DNA of 64,000 bases, taken from assembly GCA_964356815.1 (NCBI GenBank), contig CAYHIR010000003.1:2198-66197 (forward strand), in the 5' to 3' direction. The DNA comes from an uncultured Candidatus Saccharibacteria bacterium (lineage in GTDB: Bacteria > Patescibacteriota > Minisyncoccia > Phycocordibacterales > DATGWK01). Every line of letters starts with the position of its first letter. Positions within the stretch are counted from its first letter, which is position 1. Positions 1-11,500 of this stretch are shown piece by piece. The notes below the pieces were generated by a model. That model saw only the letters and a program-made list of their open reading frames with translations. It searched no databases and had not been told where the DNA came from. The position numbers and the translations under genes are program-made.

Positions 1-353
1 AAAACACTACCCTCGGCCTCAAGACGTTTGATGGCTGTTGCGCTATATGCAGCAGTGTAATTTTCTATAATTTTTGACGCTGCAGAGGATTTTTTACCCT
101 CAATTAAAATATTGTCTTTGATGGCAAGTGGAATGCCTGTGAGCACGCCAGATTTGCCATCGTCTATAGTATTTTGCGCTTGCTTTGCTGATGCAACGCA
201 ATCGTCAAAAACTTCAATGTAAGCATGTATCTCAGGATTTTTGGCGGCCACGTTTTCGAGCACATTTTTTGTGAGTTCTTCAGCGGTAAAGTCGCCTTTC
301 ACCAAGTGATTGTGAGCCGATTTTATAGAAAGTTTTTCGAGGTCGATTTTCAT
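1..353 (-). CDS. gatA: Glu-tRNA(Gln)/Asp-tRNA(Asn) amidotransferase subunit A, N-terminal part (runs past the window start)
   Basis: The minus-strand translation starting at the ATG (cat at 349-351) reads MKIDLEKLSIKSAHNHLVKGDFTAEELTKNVLENVAAKNPEIHAYIEVFDD...GIPLAIKDNI, a typical GatA N-terminus with the amidase signature beginning. It lies immediately downstream of gatC. Confidence 0.8.
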   Translation of the reverse strand, partial: MKIDLEKLSIKSAHNHLVKGDFTAEELTKNVLENVAAKNPEIHAYIEVFDDCVASAKQAQNTIDDGKSGVLTGIPLAIKDNILIEGKKSSAASKIIENYTAAYSATAIKRLEAEGSV

Positions 354-354
354 T

Positions 355-660
355 TTACTGCGCCAAAATTTTCTTAACCTTCACAAAATTGCCCTCTCGC
401 GATGGCGCGGCGGCAAGCAAAGCTTCGGTATAAATTCCAGATTCGTGCGCATCGCCATCGTCGCGCAAAACGCTTCGCACGATATGGAGATCGGAAATTT
501 CGTCGGCATTTATTTTCCCGTCTTTGCCACCGGCTTCGTTTATTTTTTTCACATAAGCCAAAACGGTGTCGAAGTCGGCGCGGACTTTTTCGACTTGAGA
601 ATCAGGAATGTCGATTCGCGCTAGAGCGGCGAGTCGTAAAACTTCTTCTTTGGTAATCAT
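355..660 (-). CDS. gatC: Glu-tRNA(Gln) amidotransferase subunit C
   Basis: The ORF track entry 355..708 gives MITKEEVLRLAALARIDIPDSQVEKVRADFDTVLAYV, a GatC family sequence. The third Met (ATG at 660) matches the usual GatC start. gatC-gatA synteny supports the call. Confidence 0.85.
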   Translation of the reverse strand: MITKEEVLRLAALARIDIPDSQVEKVRADFDTVLAYVKKINEAGGKDGKINADEISDLHIVRSVLRDDGDAHESGIYTEALLAAAPSREGNFVKVKKILAQ

Positions 661-732
661 GTTGTATGCGGCCACAGCGGCCAAAATTGCTCGCGGCAAT
701 AATAACACTATTTTAGCACGGCCTAAAGTCGA

Positions 733-2892
<2,160 letters not shown>

Positions 2893-2916
2893 TTATAGCC
2901 TCTTTTTTGGGCGTTT

Positions 2917-3474
2917 TTAATATTTCACTTCGAGAGCGCGTTCGACGTTGCGAGAGCCTGCTTCGATAATAAGCACACCATCATCGCCGATTGAGTTGCA
3001 GGTTGTATTGTAGCCACGCGATGTAATTATTGTTTCGATTGGACTCGCTGGAATGCCAGTACTCCTCTTGGTCACTTGAACAAAAACGCAAGTTGCTCCA
3101 GAGATACCCGACGGATCCGGCATACTGTAACTAAAGGATGTAGTTCTGGGATCGTCGATATCAACTGATGGGGTTGGAGTAATTGAACCCAGTCCAGCAC
3201 AATTTAAGCCACCCTGAAATGCTGTCAAGAGGGAAGAACCTGGTATCGGAAAAAAATCGTCAACCTTTAGATCGTGATAGAGCGCGCATTCCAAACCAGC
3301 ATCAGCCGCATAAAAAGCCACCTTAGATTCTCGACCAGAATATGAAATGATTTGCTGTTTGAAAGCAATGTCGCTTATGGCAATTGAAGCGAGCAGGAGA
3401 GCGCTCGAAGCGATAACAGCAATAAGCAGTGCCATGCCTTTTTTACCATTTTGTCTGTGAAAATTATTTTTCAT
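2917..3474 (-). CDS. PilX-like type IV pilus minor pilin / pilus assembly protein (hydrophobic N-terminal helix)
   Basis: The N-terminus MKNNFHRQNGKKGMALLIAVIASSALLLASIAIS resembles the PilX/PilW-type leader plus hydrophobic helix. It is the last gene of the pseudopilin block. The longer ORF reaching 3507 would overlap the upstream gene. Confidence 0.55.
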   Translation of the reverse strand: MKNNFHRQNGKKGMALLIAVIASSALLLASIAISDIAFKQQIISYSGRESKVAFYAADAGLECALYHDLKVDDFFPIPGSSLLTAFQGGLNCAGLGSITPTPSVDIDDPRTTSFSYSMPDPSGISGATCVFVQVTKRSTGIPASPIETIITSRGYNTTCNSIGDDGVLIIEAGSRNVERALEVKY

Positions 3475-3491
3475 TTTTATGCACGCCATGT

Positions 3492-4127
3492 CTACGGCGC
3501 AAACCAATTAAACAAGCTGTCGGTAACTGCAAAACTTTTCTCTGTGCCGTGGTCTGACCAGTAAACTGTTACCGTCACCAAAACCTCTCTTCTTATTGGA
3601 CCAGAAGTAATTTCGGTCAAAGAAATTGTGCGGCTAAATTTTGAGACAGATGTAACAAACGGGATATCGCCGCCGCCGGGGTCTAAAATTCCTTTATGAG
3701 TATAATGACCAATCGTGTCCACTCTGAGTGTACAATCTCCGTTGTCTGTGTTAGAACAATTAATGAACGACAGCCCTCCACCAAAATCAAAGTTGTAATC
3801 ACAGAGATAGTCTGAGCCTCCAGAAGTTTTAATGGCACAAGCGTCACTCTGCAACAATCCATTGAGCCAGAACGGATTAGAATCGCTTCCATCTGGCTTA
3901 TTTTGCATCAAAAGATTTTGATCTTTCTGATTTCTGACCATTTCCATCGCCTCTTGAGCAAGAAAAACTGCGGTTAACCTATCCTTTATAGCGCTAGTTG
4001 CAGAAAGACTGGATTGAGCAGCCGAAAAAGCTGCTGAAATACCTATCAATAATATCGAAATAGCAACTAGGGTTTCCACTATAGTGAAGCCGCAATTTTT
4101 TTTAAATTTTATTTTATGAAAAATCAT
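3492..4127 (-). CDS. Prepilin-type N-terminal cleavage/methylation domain protein (minor pilin, PilV-like)
   Basis: The N-terminus KKNCGFTIVETLVAISILLIGISAAF is a class III signal with the G|FT(L/I)(V/I)E motif. Confidence 0.75.
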   Translation of the reverse strand: MIFHKIKFKKNCGFTIVETLVAISILLIGISAAFSAAQSSLSATSAIKDRLTAVFLAQEAMEMVRNQKDQNLLMQNKPDGSDSNPFWLNGLLQSDACAIKTSGGSDYLCDYNFDFGGGLSFINCSNTDNGDCTLRVDTIGHYTHKGILDPGGGDIPFVTSVSKFSRTISLTEITSGPIRREVLVTVTVYWSDHGTEKSFAVTDSLFNWFAP

Positions 4128-4798
4128 AGATCGGGTATTCGTTGTGAGACAGCAGTTTGGAGAGAAAAAGATGTTTGGTTGCGTGGTCCAGCATTAACCG
4201 TACCTTTTAAAAATATTGAGACTTTGGGTTGGTCGGCATCCGACCCTGGAATCGGAGCCGAAGGAGCTGGTGGATCCGTCCCTGAAATAAAAAACTCAAC
4301 CCGTTCTAGTCTAACTTCTGGTGAAGTTAACGCTACAGGATCTCCTTGTATGGGATTTCCCAAGACACCGATTGTGCGAACAAGACAGCCGAAACTGGTA
4401 TCACCTGAGTCGAAAAAACATGATTTTCTAATAAAAATCTGAACTTGCTTTCCGTCTTGGGAAATAAAAGATACGCCGTTACCGGGAGTTACTCCATCGC
4501 ATTCATTACCCACAGACGGCTCAAGATCGTCACCGACAGTCAAACACTTATAATTAGTACCCACAGCAAGCGCTTTCGTCATACTGTCCATCGCCAAATC
4601 TAGATTATTCATCACCGACTGAAGCGACTGGGCTTTTTTGTTGGCATCAAAAATTGTAATGATTGAACCAATACCGACGGTCATTACCAAACTGAAAATA
4701 AAAAGGGCAACGACAAGCTCGATCAAAAGAAAACCTGACTGACCGCCACGTCTTTCGCGTTTTTTTCCTATTTTATTTTTTATTTTCAAAAAAATCAT
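4124..4798 (-). CDS. Prepilin-type pseudopilin (PilW/GspJ-like)
   Basis: The N-terminus GGQSGFLLIELVVALFIFSLVMTV is a prepilin cleavage motif followed by a hydrophobic helix. Confidence 0.75.
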   Translation of the reverse strand: MIFLKIKNKIGKKRERRGGQSGFLLIELVVALFIFSLVMTVGIGSIITIFDANKKAQSLQSVMNNLDLAMDSMTKALAVGTNYKCLTVGDDLEPSVGNECDGVTPGNGVSFISQDGKQVQIFIRKSCFFDSGDTSFGCLVRTIGVLGNPIQGDPVALTSPEVRLERVEFFISGTDPPAPSAPIPGSDADQPKVSIFLKGTVNAGPRNQTSFSLQTAVSQRIPDL

Positions 4799-4807
4799 CT
4801 GCGGATA

Positions 4808-5518
4808 TTAGTTGTGACAAGGCTCGGTGCCGGTTGTACCAACATTTTCAACAGCAATTTGGCCAGTTACAAGAACAATCATGCGCTTAGCTCGACCTTG
4901 TGGCGACATCAGACAAACAGCCACACCATCGCAAGTACTAGTACCACATCTATCATTGGATGGACTTGAAGGGTAACCATTCAAATAAAAATTAAAAATT
5001 GCATCTGGGTTTGGTCGTTTAAATAAAATATCAATAGCGTACAAACCAGAACCCGAAAGTGAAAGATTTGTCCACGTATCACCCCTCAAACCCCAAAATC
5101 CACTTATGGTAATTCCCCTACCAATTATCGTCTGTTCAATACATTCTGGCGATGTGCAGGCAAAATCATCGCCAACTGTGGTATAAATCTGATCAAAATT
5201 GTCAGCGTTGGCGAAGAAAATATACTTATTTGGATTAACAGATGTGGTGTTGAAATGCAAACCATAAGATAGGCTGAAAGCTTCAACACCAGAACCGACA
5301 GACGCCCCTACAACCTCTCTCGCACTAATGCCATACACCTGTGCTTGTCGTGCAGAAAGCGCCATACGATATGCCGCATTATTTATTTCCAAATCGGAGT
5401 CAAATTTGCCGTGATTGTATACGACAACCGAAGCAATAATACCAATGATAGCCACCGAGACCATCACTTCGACGAGGGTGAAGCCGCGTTTAGATAGCGA
5501 GTGTTTTATCAAAGACAT
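4808..5518 (-). CDS. Prepilin-type pseudopilin
   Basis: The N-terminus KRGFTLVEVMVSVAIIGIIASVVVY is a prepilin motif. Confidence 0.75.
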   Translation of the reverse strand: MSLIKHSLSKRGFTLVEVMVSVAIIGIIASVVVYNHGKFDSDLEINNAAYRMALSARQAQVYGISAREVVGASVGSGVEAFSLSYGLHFNTTSVNPNKYIFFANADNFDQIYTTVGDDFACTSPECIEQTIIGRGITISGFWGLRGDTWTNLSLSGSGLYAIDILFKRPNPDAIFNFYLNGYPSSPSNDRCGTSTCDGVAVCLMSPQGRAKRMIVLVTGQIAVENVGTTGTEPCHN

Positions 5519-5618
5519 AAAGATGATATCTTTTGCTGTTTTTCAGCTAATTTCATAGGGAAATTATAGCACAGCAACAAAAACATCGTTCGACAAATTC
5601 TACCAAATCCTAGACTGT

Positions 5619-6710
5619 CTAGTGTGTGGGGTACTTGCCATATCTACTTCCTCGACCCTGTCCCACCCGTTCAAGGAGCTTCAGCTTCACTAAACGAGAC
5701 AGCGCCTGTTTGATGGTTTCTCTTTGTATTGTGCCTCCAAGAAGTGAAACAATTTCAGCTACTCCCATTTCCTTACCTTCAGTGAATAGCTGATACACCT
5801 CTTTCTGCTTTTCAGAGATAAGTTTTTCTGGTTGATCTTCGTCCATGATTTTTCGAGCTCGCTCTGTCTGCTCTGTTAGTGCATTGAGGAGGTAGTTGAC
5901 CCAAGGAGTAATATCTTCGTGGTCTGTTCCATGATTCTTTTGTGTTGCACGAAGTGCGAGATAATAATCCACTTTGGTTTGTTCAATGATCTCATCGAGG
6001 GAAACATACGGCACATAGCTGTATCCGGTCTGAAGAAGCAGGAGATTGCTGAGAGCACGGCTAACTCGACCATTACCATCTGAGAATGGGTGGATAGCGA
6101 GGAATTCAAAAATGAAGTTTGCGATTACCAAGATCGGATGGATTTGACGACTTTTTAACTGATCATTTGTCCACTCGATAGCGGCAAGCATCTCTCCTTT
6201 TACGAGATACGAGTGTGTAGGATTAAAGAGCACGACTTCTTCCTTCTTTTCGTTTTCCATGATGACGGCATTATCGCCATCCTTGTATTTGCCTTTGTGC
6301 ATTTTATCCTTCTCTGAAAAGTTGAGAAGAATGCTGTGGAATTGCTGTATCCAGCCTTCAGAGAGTTTGATGGTTTTCCAATTATCAAAAACACGACCGA
6401 TGAGATCGGCGTAACCCGCCACTTCCTCTTGATCGCGACCGTTTGGTGCATTTTCTTTCAGGCCTCGCAAAAAGCGAGCGATTTCTTCATCCGTCATTTT
6501 TGCACCTTCGATACGAGTCGAGGCACCTGTTGAGGTGATGATTACGAACGCCTTAAGACGCCCGAGTATTTGCGGACTAAGACGAAGACTTCCCTGCCAG
6601 AGACCTTGAAATTGATCTATTTGGGCAATCTTAGCTAGAATATCTTGCGATAGTGATATTCTTTTGTTGAAGCGCGCAGTTATATTTTCTTGATTATTTT
6701 TGTCTTCCAT
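5619..6710 (-). CDS. Fic/DOC family protein (AMPylator-type Fic with C-terminal wHTH)
   Basis: 363 aa. It has the canonical Fic motif HPFSDGNGRVSRAL (HPFx[D/E]GNGR) and a C-terminal winged-helix-like tail (LSRLVKLKLLERVGQGRGSRY). It is AT-rich relative to its neighbours. Confidence 0.9.
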   Translation of the reverse strand: MEDKNNQENITARFNKRISLSQDILAKIAQIDQFQGLWQGSLRLSPQILGRLKAFVIITSTGASTRIEGAKMTDEEIARFLRGLKENAPNGRDQEEVAGYADLIGRVFDNWKTIKLSEGWIQQFHSILLNFSEKDKMHKGKYKDGDNAVIMENEKKEEVVLFNPTHSYLVKGEMLAAIEWTNDQLKSRQIHPILVIANFIFEFLAIHPFSDGNGRVSRALSNLLLLQTGYSYVPYVSLDEIIEQTKVDYYLALRATQKNHGTDHEDITPWVNYLLNALTEQTERARKIMDEDQPEKLISEKQKEVYQLFTEGKEMGVAEIVSLLGGTIQRETIKQALSRLVKLKLLERVGQGRGSRYGKYPTH

Positions 6711-6805
6711 AAAGATTGGTTATAAAACAACTATACCCAATAGTACACAATTATACCCAATAAAGCAAGTGTGGCGCAACGAGCGGACTTTTTATCCACA
6801 ATCCC

Positions 6806-7636
6806 TTAAAACACCACCACCCCGCCGAAAAAAGCAATTGCCGTGCCGAGAATTAGAAACGGCGCGAAAGGTATCTCACTCTTCATTGTAAGTTGTTTGC
6901 TCCAGGCTATCAAGGCGACGCCAAGGAGAGCACCGACCCAAAACGCAAGCACGAGCGCCGAAAGCCCCGAGCGCCAGCCGAGAAGCAGACCAATGCCAAG
7001 CACGAGCTTTGCATCGCCAAAGCCGAGCCATCGGCCGTGAGACACGAGCCAAAGCCCTGCAAACACCGCGAAGAAAATCGGCCCGGCCCAAAAATCGAGC
7101 GAAGAAAATAGCAAGGGGGCGCTCGCGAATGAGCCAGTCTGCACAACATTGGACATGACATTAAAAACTGCCGCAAACAAAATGAAAGAAAAAACGAAAA
7201 AATCCGGAATTATTTTATGCTTCAGATCGTAAAAGAATATGACGATAAGCGCACACCAAACCAAAAAGTAAAAGATGATTGGCCAGAATATTTCTGATAC
7301 GAAGCCGTCGGGCGCGGCAAAATCTAAGCCCGTACCAGCAACTTTAAAATAAATCGCCGCCAAAACTGCGCCCGTCAAAAATTCCACCATCGGATACTGC
7401 CAAGAAATTTTTGCCTTGCACGCACTACACTTCCCGCGCAAAACCAAAAAGCTCACTAGAGGCACGAGCTCCCACCAGTGAAGCATTTTACCGCAAGAAA
7501 AACATTCGGAGCGACTCACCTTTCCGCCAAAACTCAGAGAAAGAATCGGCTTACCTGTATTGAATCTCAAAATCACAACATTCAAAAAACTGCCGATGAG
7601 GGTGCCGAGGATGAAGAGAAAGACGAAAATTAGCAT
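6806..7636 (-). CDS. pilD: Prepilin peptidase (A24 family, PilD)
   Basis: 276 aa polytopic membrane protein. It has the N-terminal CxxC...CxxC Zn tetracysteine (ECFSCGKM...GKCSACKAKI) and the A24 peptidase domain (GFGDAKL). Confidence 0.9.
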   Translation of the reverse strand: MLIFVFLFILGTLIGSFLNVVILRFNTGKPILSLSFGGKVSRSECFSCGKMLHWWELVPLVSFLVLRGKCSACKAKISWQYPMVEFLTGAVLAAIYFKVAGTGLDFAAPDGFVSEIFWPIIFYFLVWCALIVIFFYDLKHKIIPDFFVFSFILFAAVFNVMSNVVQTGSFASAPLLFSSLDFWAGPIFFAVFAGLWLVSHGRWLGFGDAKLVLGIGLLLGWRSGLSALVLAFWVGALLGVALIAWSKQLTMKSEIPFAPFLILGTAIAFFGGVVVF

Positions 7637-7654
7637 ACAATGATTACAAATAAA

Positions 7655-8218
7655 CTACTTGCAAGAAGCCACGACCAAGCTCGAATAGCTTCCAAACAAA
7701 GTATAATCTTGAAAAGCATTGTCTCCTATAAAATCTAACTGCTTAGAAACTCCAGAACTATCCACACACCACGATTTGGGCGACAAATCAGTTGAGGTTT
7801 TTAGCATAACAGCAATAGCCCAAGAAGTGGCGAAATTGGAAACAGGGTCTCCACCACCATCGAATGTTGGCGAGGTAACACATTTGGCGGCATTAGCATC
7901 AGTCGGAAGAGCGCTCAGACCCTTTGCCGCCACAACAGCAGATTTTATGGTCGCATCTTTTCTAAACATTGCGTTGGCGTTCATTCCTAAATAATCAGTA
8001 CACTCTCGACTTCCATGCCAAAAACCATAATTTTCCCCGTTAGAATCGTAGAAAAGTGCAGCTTGTTTGCGTACAGTATCTAAATTGCCTTTTATAGATG
8101 CATCTGCGCCTTTGTTTCTGGCTGAGTTTAACGAGGCCAAAACAACAGAAGCTAGAAGGCCGATTATTGCGATAACGACCATTAGTTCTATTAATGTGAA
8201 ACCGGCTTTTGTTTTCAT
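7655..8218 (-). CDS. pilA: Type IV pilin (PilA paralogue 1)
   Basis: The N-terminus MKTKAGFTLIELMVVIAIIGLLASVVLASLNSARNKGADASIKGNL is a class III leader with the conserved alpha1 helix. The C-terminal half has a disulfide pair. Confidence 0.85.
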   Translation of the reverse strand: MKTKAGFTLIELMVVIAIIGLLASVVLASLNSARNKGADASIKGNLDTVRKQAALFYDSNGENYGFWHGSRECTDYLGMNANAMFRKDATIKSAVVAAKGLSALPTDANAAKCVTSPTFDGGGDPVSNFATSWAIAVMLKTSTDLSPKSWCVDSSGVSKQLDFIGDNAFQDYTLFGSYSSLVVASCK

Positions 8219-8251
8219 TAAATAAAACTAATACTTAGACCTACTATTACA

Positions 8252-8797
8252 CTAGATGCACACCCCGGCAGCAGAAAAAAGATTAGTTAGACTTACAATA
8301 TTATTTATTTGCTTAGCTGCACCTGTGCTATCGATACACCAAAATTTAGAACCAGAACCTGTGACACCAGTAGATGTTCTTAGCATAACAGCAAGCGCCC
8401 AGGAATCGGCCTGAGAGTCGCCTGTAGTATCGAGCGCAACACATCTTGCTTTTTGGGCGCTGCTAAAACTTGGATTTGAAAAACCTATCGCAACATCTAT
8501 TGCAGATTCTATTATAGTGTCAATATTAACAGTTCCAGAATCATCATCTTCAAACATAGAGTCCGCTGGTCTATTATAACAACTGGTTGCAGGCGATACC
8601 GAACTACCGTAATTTTGTTGACTATCGAAAAATAATCCCGCCTGCGTTCTGATAGTGTTCAAATTACTTTTTATGGCTCCGTCAGCACTCTTAGCCCTTG
8701 CTGAGTTTAGTGAGGCTAAAATAATTGAAGACAAAAGACCAATAACCGCTATCACAACCAAAAGTTCTATAAGAGTAAAACCTTTTTTATTTTTCAT
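8252..8797 (-). CDS. pilA: Type IV pilin (PilA paralogue 2)
   Basis: The N-terminus MKNKKGFTLIELLVVIAVIGLLSSIILASLNSARAKSADGAIKSNL is nearly identical across the first 45 aa to the two neighbouring pilin genes. The C-terminus is divergent. Confidence 0.85.
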   Translation of the reverse strand: MKNKKGFTLIELLVVIAVIGLLSSIILASLNSARAKSADGAIKSNLNTIRTQAGLFFDSQQNYGSSVSPATSCYNRPADSMFEDDDSGTVNIDTIIESAIDVAIGFSNPSFSSAQKARCVALDTTGDSQADSWALAVMLRTSTGVTGSGSKFWCIDSTGAAKQINNIVSLTNLFSAAGVCI

Positions 8798-8843
8798 ATA
8801 TCTTAATTGTTGGCTTTATTTGAAAAAATTACAAACTCGCGCT

Positions 8844-8902
8844 GTGCACAACACATCAAAAAACCGCCACTAGGCGGTTTTTTGATGTGTTGTGCACTTT
8901 TT
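8844..8902. terminator. Perfect 25-bp-stem hairpin with a 4-nt loop, flanked by an A-tract and a T-tract (bidirectional intrinsic terminator) between pilin paralogues
   Basis: GTGCACAACACATCAAAAAACCGCC (8844-8868), loop ACTA, GGCGGTTTTTTGATGTGTTGTGCAC (8873-8897), then TTTTT. It lies directly downstream of the 8921..9322 pilin gene. Confidence 0.8.
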
Positions 8903-8920
8903 GCTAGAAAAATCTTTGCA

Positions 8921-9322
8921 TTATGGACAAGTTACAATTGCCGCAGCGGGTTTAGTTATCTGTTTCGAGGCTCCGTTACTATCCACGCACCAAGCATCCG
9001 TTGCAGTACCCTTCAGACCAGCCCAAACACTCCATGTGGCCGCAGCGTTTGCGCACGCTCCCCCGTTACCACCAGCCGTTTGAGAAGCGGTCACCGCTTG
9101 AGCAACATTTCCATTAGCACAAACTGCTGCGTATGAACCAGGAGCATCGTCGTAAACAATCTCAGCTTGTGCGCGAATATTCGCCAAGTTCGCCTTAATC
9201 GCCGCATCAGCACCCTTACTTCTCGCCGTATTCAACGAAGCAAGCACGACAGAAGCCAAAATACCAATAATAGCGATAACGACGAGCAATTCAATCAGTG
9301 TAAAACCTTTTTTAAATTTCAT
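8921..9322 (-). CDS. pilA: Type IV pilin (PilA paralogue 3, likely major pilin)
   Basis: The N-terminus MKFKKGFTLIELLVVIAIIGILASVVLASLNTARSKGADAAIKANL. It is 133 aa with a C-terminal Cys pair, and is followed by the strong terminator above. Confidence 0.85.
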   Translation of the reverse strand: MKFKKGFTLIELLVVIAIIGILASVVLASLNTARSKGADAAIKANLANIRAQAEIVYDDAPGSYAAVCANGNVAQAVTASQTAGGNGGACANAAATWSVWAGLKGTATDAWCVDSNGASKQITKPAAAIVTCP

Positions 9323-9462
9323 ATTGAATAAAAAAACCGAATAAAATAATAATCGAACTTGTAATAAAGCTTACAGGGTCAATTATAGCAGAGCTGAGAA
9401 ATACAACAGAGACGGCGTGGGGACAACTGTATACAAGAATCAAAATTCACTCTCAAAAATCG

Positions 9463-9490
9463 AAAACGCCAGATTGACTCTGGCGTTTTC
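9463..9490. terminator. Bidirectional intrinsic terminator hairpin
   Basis: GAAAACGCCAGA-ttgact-TCTGGCGTTTTC: a GC-containing stem with an A-tract upstream and a T-tract downstream. Confidence 0.6.
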
Positions 9491-9768
9491 TGCTTATCGC
9501 ATATACACGACTTCCGCCCACTTCCCCGTGGTTTAAATTACTTGGTCGTGCGAGCCTTTGGCATATTGCACAGAGTGATCAAACTCCACACTCATCCTTT
9601 TTTAAGCCAGGTGACAGCTCGATGAAGTTGTCTGGCCGAGTACATGTGCCGGGGAATCGTCACATTGTACGAATAAACACAATTTTATCATGTGAATCAT
9701 CTGTGACAAGTGGATTTTTTATCTTTTCTTTAACGTAACTTGATATCCAAAAAGCTACACTGCCCGGC

Positions 9769-10149
9769 ATGAGATCGAGGCGTGAAAAATACTGTGAGCT
9801 CCTCAATATAAGGACACGAATAATTTACAATAAGATAGGCAGTGCCTATTGCCCCGCACTGGGAAAAACGGTTGTTTTTAATGCCAAAGGATATCATCAT
9901 TTACACTATAAACCAGATAGAACGGCACGCGATGTGAAAGAGAGGATCTACAAATTGAGATTACTCCCACTGGCTGTGCCAGTAATAAAAAATGCAGACG
10001 TGATTGAAAGTGTGAGAAATATAAAAAGAGGCAAACAGTTTGCACTAGTCGCAAAGGTTGGAAGAAAAAATCCAGTTGAGGTGCGAGTTATTATTTTAGA
10101 AGTTGAAAATAGTGGGCATCCTATATTCTGGAGCATTATGAAGCACTAA
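9769..10149 (+). CDS. Hypothetical protein (126 aa), plus-strand gene embedded in the minus-strand pilus locus
   Basis: It is an intact ORF bracketed by terminator hairpins at 9463-9490 and 10152-10177. I recognise no family; it is basic, with a His-rich YHHLHYKPDR segment. Confidence 0.45.
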   Translation: MRSRREKYCELLNIRTRIIYNKIGSAYCPALGKTVVFNAKGYHHLHYKPDRTARDVKERIYKLRLLPLAVPVIKNADVIESVRNIKRGKQFALVAKVGRKNPVEVRVIILEVENSGHPIFWSIMKH

Positions 10150-10151
10150 AA

Positions 10152-10177
10152 AACACCATCAAGTGGTGTGTTTTAGT
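10152..10177. terminator. Bidirectional terminator hairpin
   Basis: AAAAACACCAtcaagTGGTGTGTTTT. Confidence 0.55.
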
Positions 10178-10299
10178 GTGTCTGCTCTTCGACTTAGAGA
10201 TTTCTCTTTTTGTCGAACAAGGCTTTCGCCCACAGACACACCAGTATACTATGCCCAATTATCCGAAAAGTCAACCATATTCGCCCTTTTTTCCCCACT

Positions 10300-11499
10300 C
10301 TAAAACGACTGCGCGAGATTGTAAATTGGGAGAAGAACAGCGGCGAGCAAACCACCGACGCCTAAGCCGAGAACGACGATCATCGCCGGCTGAATGAGAT
10401 CGACAAGCGCATCCACAGCGGCAATAACCTCTTTTTGGTAAAACTTGGCAAGAGTTTTTAAAATATTACCCAGCTCACCCGTCTCCTCACCCACCTTCAC
10501 CATTTGGGTCATGATATTTGGAATCTCTGGGTACTCGGCGAGAGCCACGGAAAGGGCTTTGCCGGCCTTCACCTGCTGAAGCGAATTGAGTAAAATATTT
10601 TTATAGACATCGCTACCCACCACCATGGCTGTGGTCTCGAGTGTGCGGATCATAGAAATACCGGAGACGATCATCGTATTCATGTTGTCGGCGATGCGAG
10701 AAAGATAGAGCTTGCGGAAAAGATTGCCTATGAAAGGAATCGAGAGCTTGAATTCATCGAAAGATTGCCTGCCAGAGCGACGCACATATTGCGCGCCAAA
10801 AAATGCACCCACGATGAGTATCACGGCCGTGAAAATGCCGTAGTTGACTGCGAAATCGCTAATCCAAATGACCACCTTGGTGTAAATCGGAAGCTCTTGG
10901 CCAGATTCTTCGAGAATTGGCGTAACTTTTGGAATGATGACGGTGAGCATCATTATCATAACCGCAATGAAAGTGGCGATAACGAAGGCTGGATAGATGA
11001 GAGCGTGTTTGGCTTTGGATGTCACTTCATACTGACGCTCGAGATAGTCGGCAAGGTATGTAAATGTTTCTTCGAGACGGCCCGATTCCTCGCCGGCTTT
11101 GACCATGTTGACATAAAAATCGGAGAAAACATTTGGATGCTTGGTGAGCGCTTTGGAAATGGAACTGCCTTCTTGGAGATCGTCTGCCACAGCGTTCATT
11201 GCCCGGCGAAGCACTTGGCTTTCTACCTGAGCGGCAAGAAGCTTGAAAACGCGAAGAGCTGAGACCTGCGCCTCGAAAAGCGTGGCCATTTGGCGCGACA
11301 CAAAAACCACTTCTTTGGTGGAAGCGCTGTTGAAAAAAGAAAAACGCTCTAAGATGCCACGATCTTCCTTTGGCACCACGGAAGCCACAATGAGGCCTCT
11401 TTTCTGAAGCGCAGTAATCGCCACATCAACACTTACAGCCTCAATCATTCCGTCTTTCTTTTCGGCATTTTGATCTATGGCTTTGTAAATAAATAACAT
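10300..11499 (-). CDS. pilC: Type IV pilus assembly platform protein PilC (GspF family)
   Basis: 399 aa with two GspF-type repeats and 3 TM segments. Synteny with pilB/pilT supports the call. Confidence 0.9.
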   Translation of the reverse strand: MLFIYKAIDQNAEKKDGMIEAVSVDVAITALQKRGLIVASVVPKEDRGILERFSFFNSASTKEVVFVSRQMATLFEAQVSALRVFKLLAAQVESQVLRRAMNAVADDLQEGSSISKALTKHPNVFSDFYVNMVKAGEESGRLEETFTYLADYLERQYEVTSKAKHALIYPAFVIATFIAVMIMMLTVIIPKVTPILEESGQELPIYTKVVIWISDFAVNYGIFTAVILIVGAFFGAQYVRRSGRQSFDEFKLSIPFIGNLFRKLYLSRIADNMNTMIVSGISMIRTLETTAMVVGSDVYKNILLNSLQQVKAGKALSVALAEYPEIPNIMTQMVKVGEETGELGNILKTLAKFYQKEVIAAVDALVDLIQPAMIVVLGLGVGGLLAAVLLPIYNLAQSF

Positions 11500-11500
11500 G

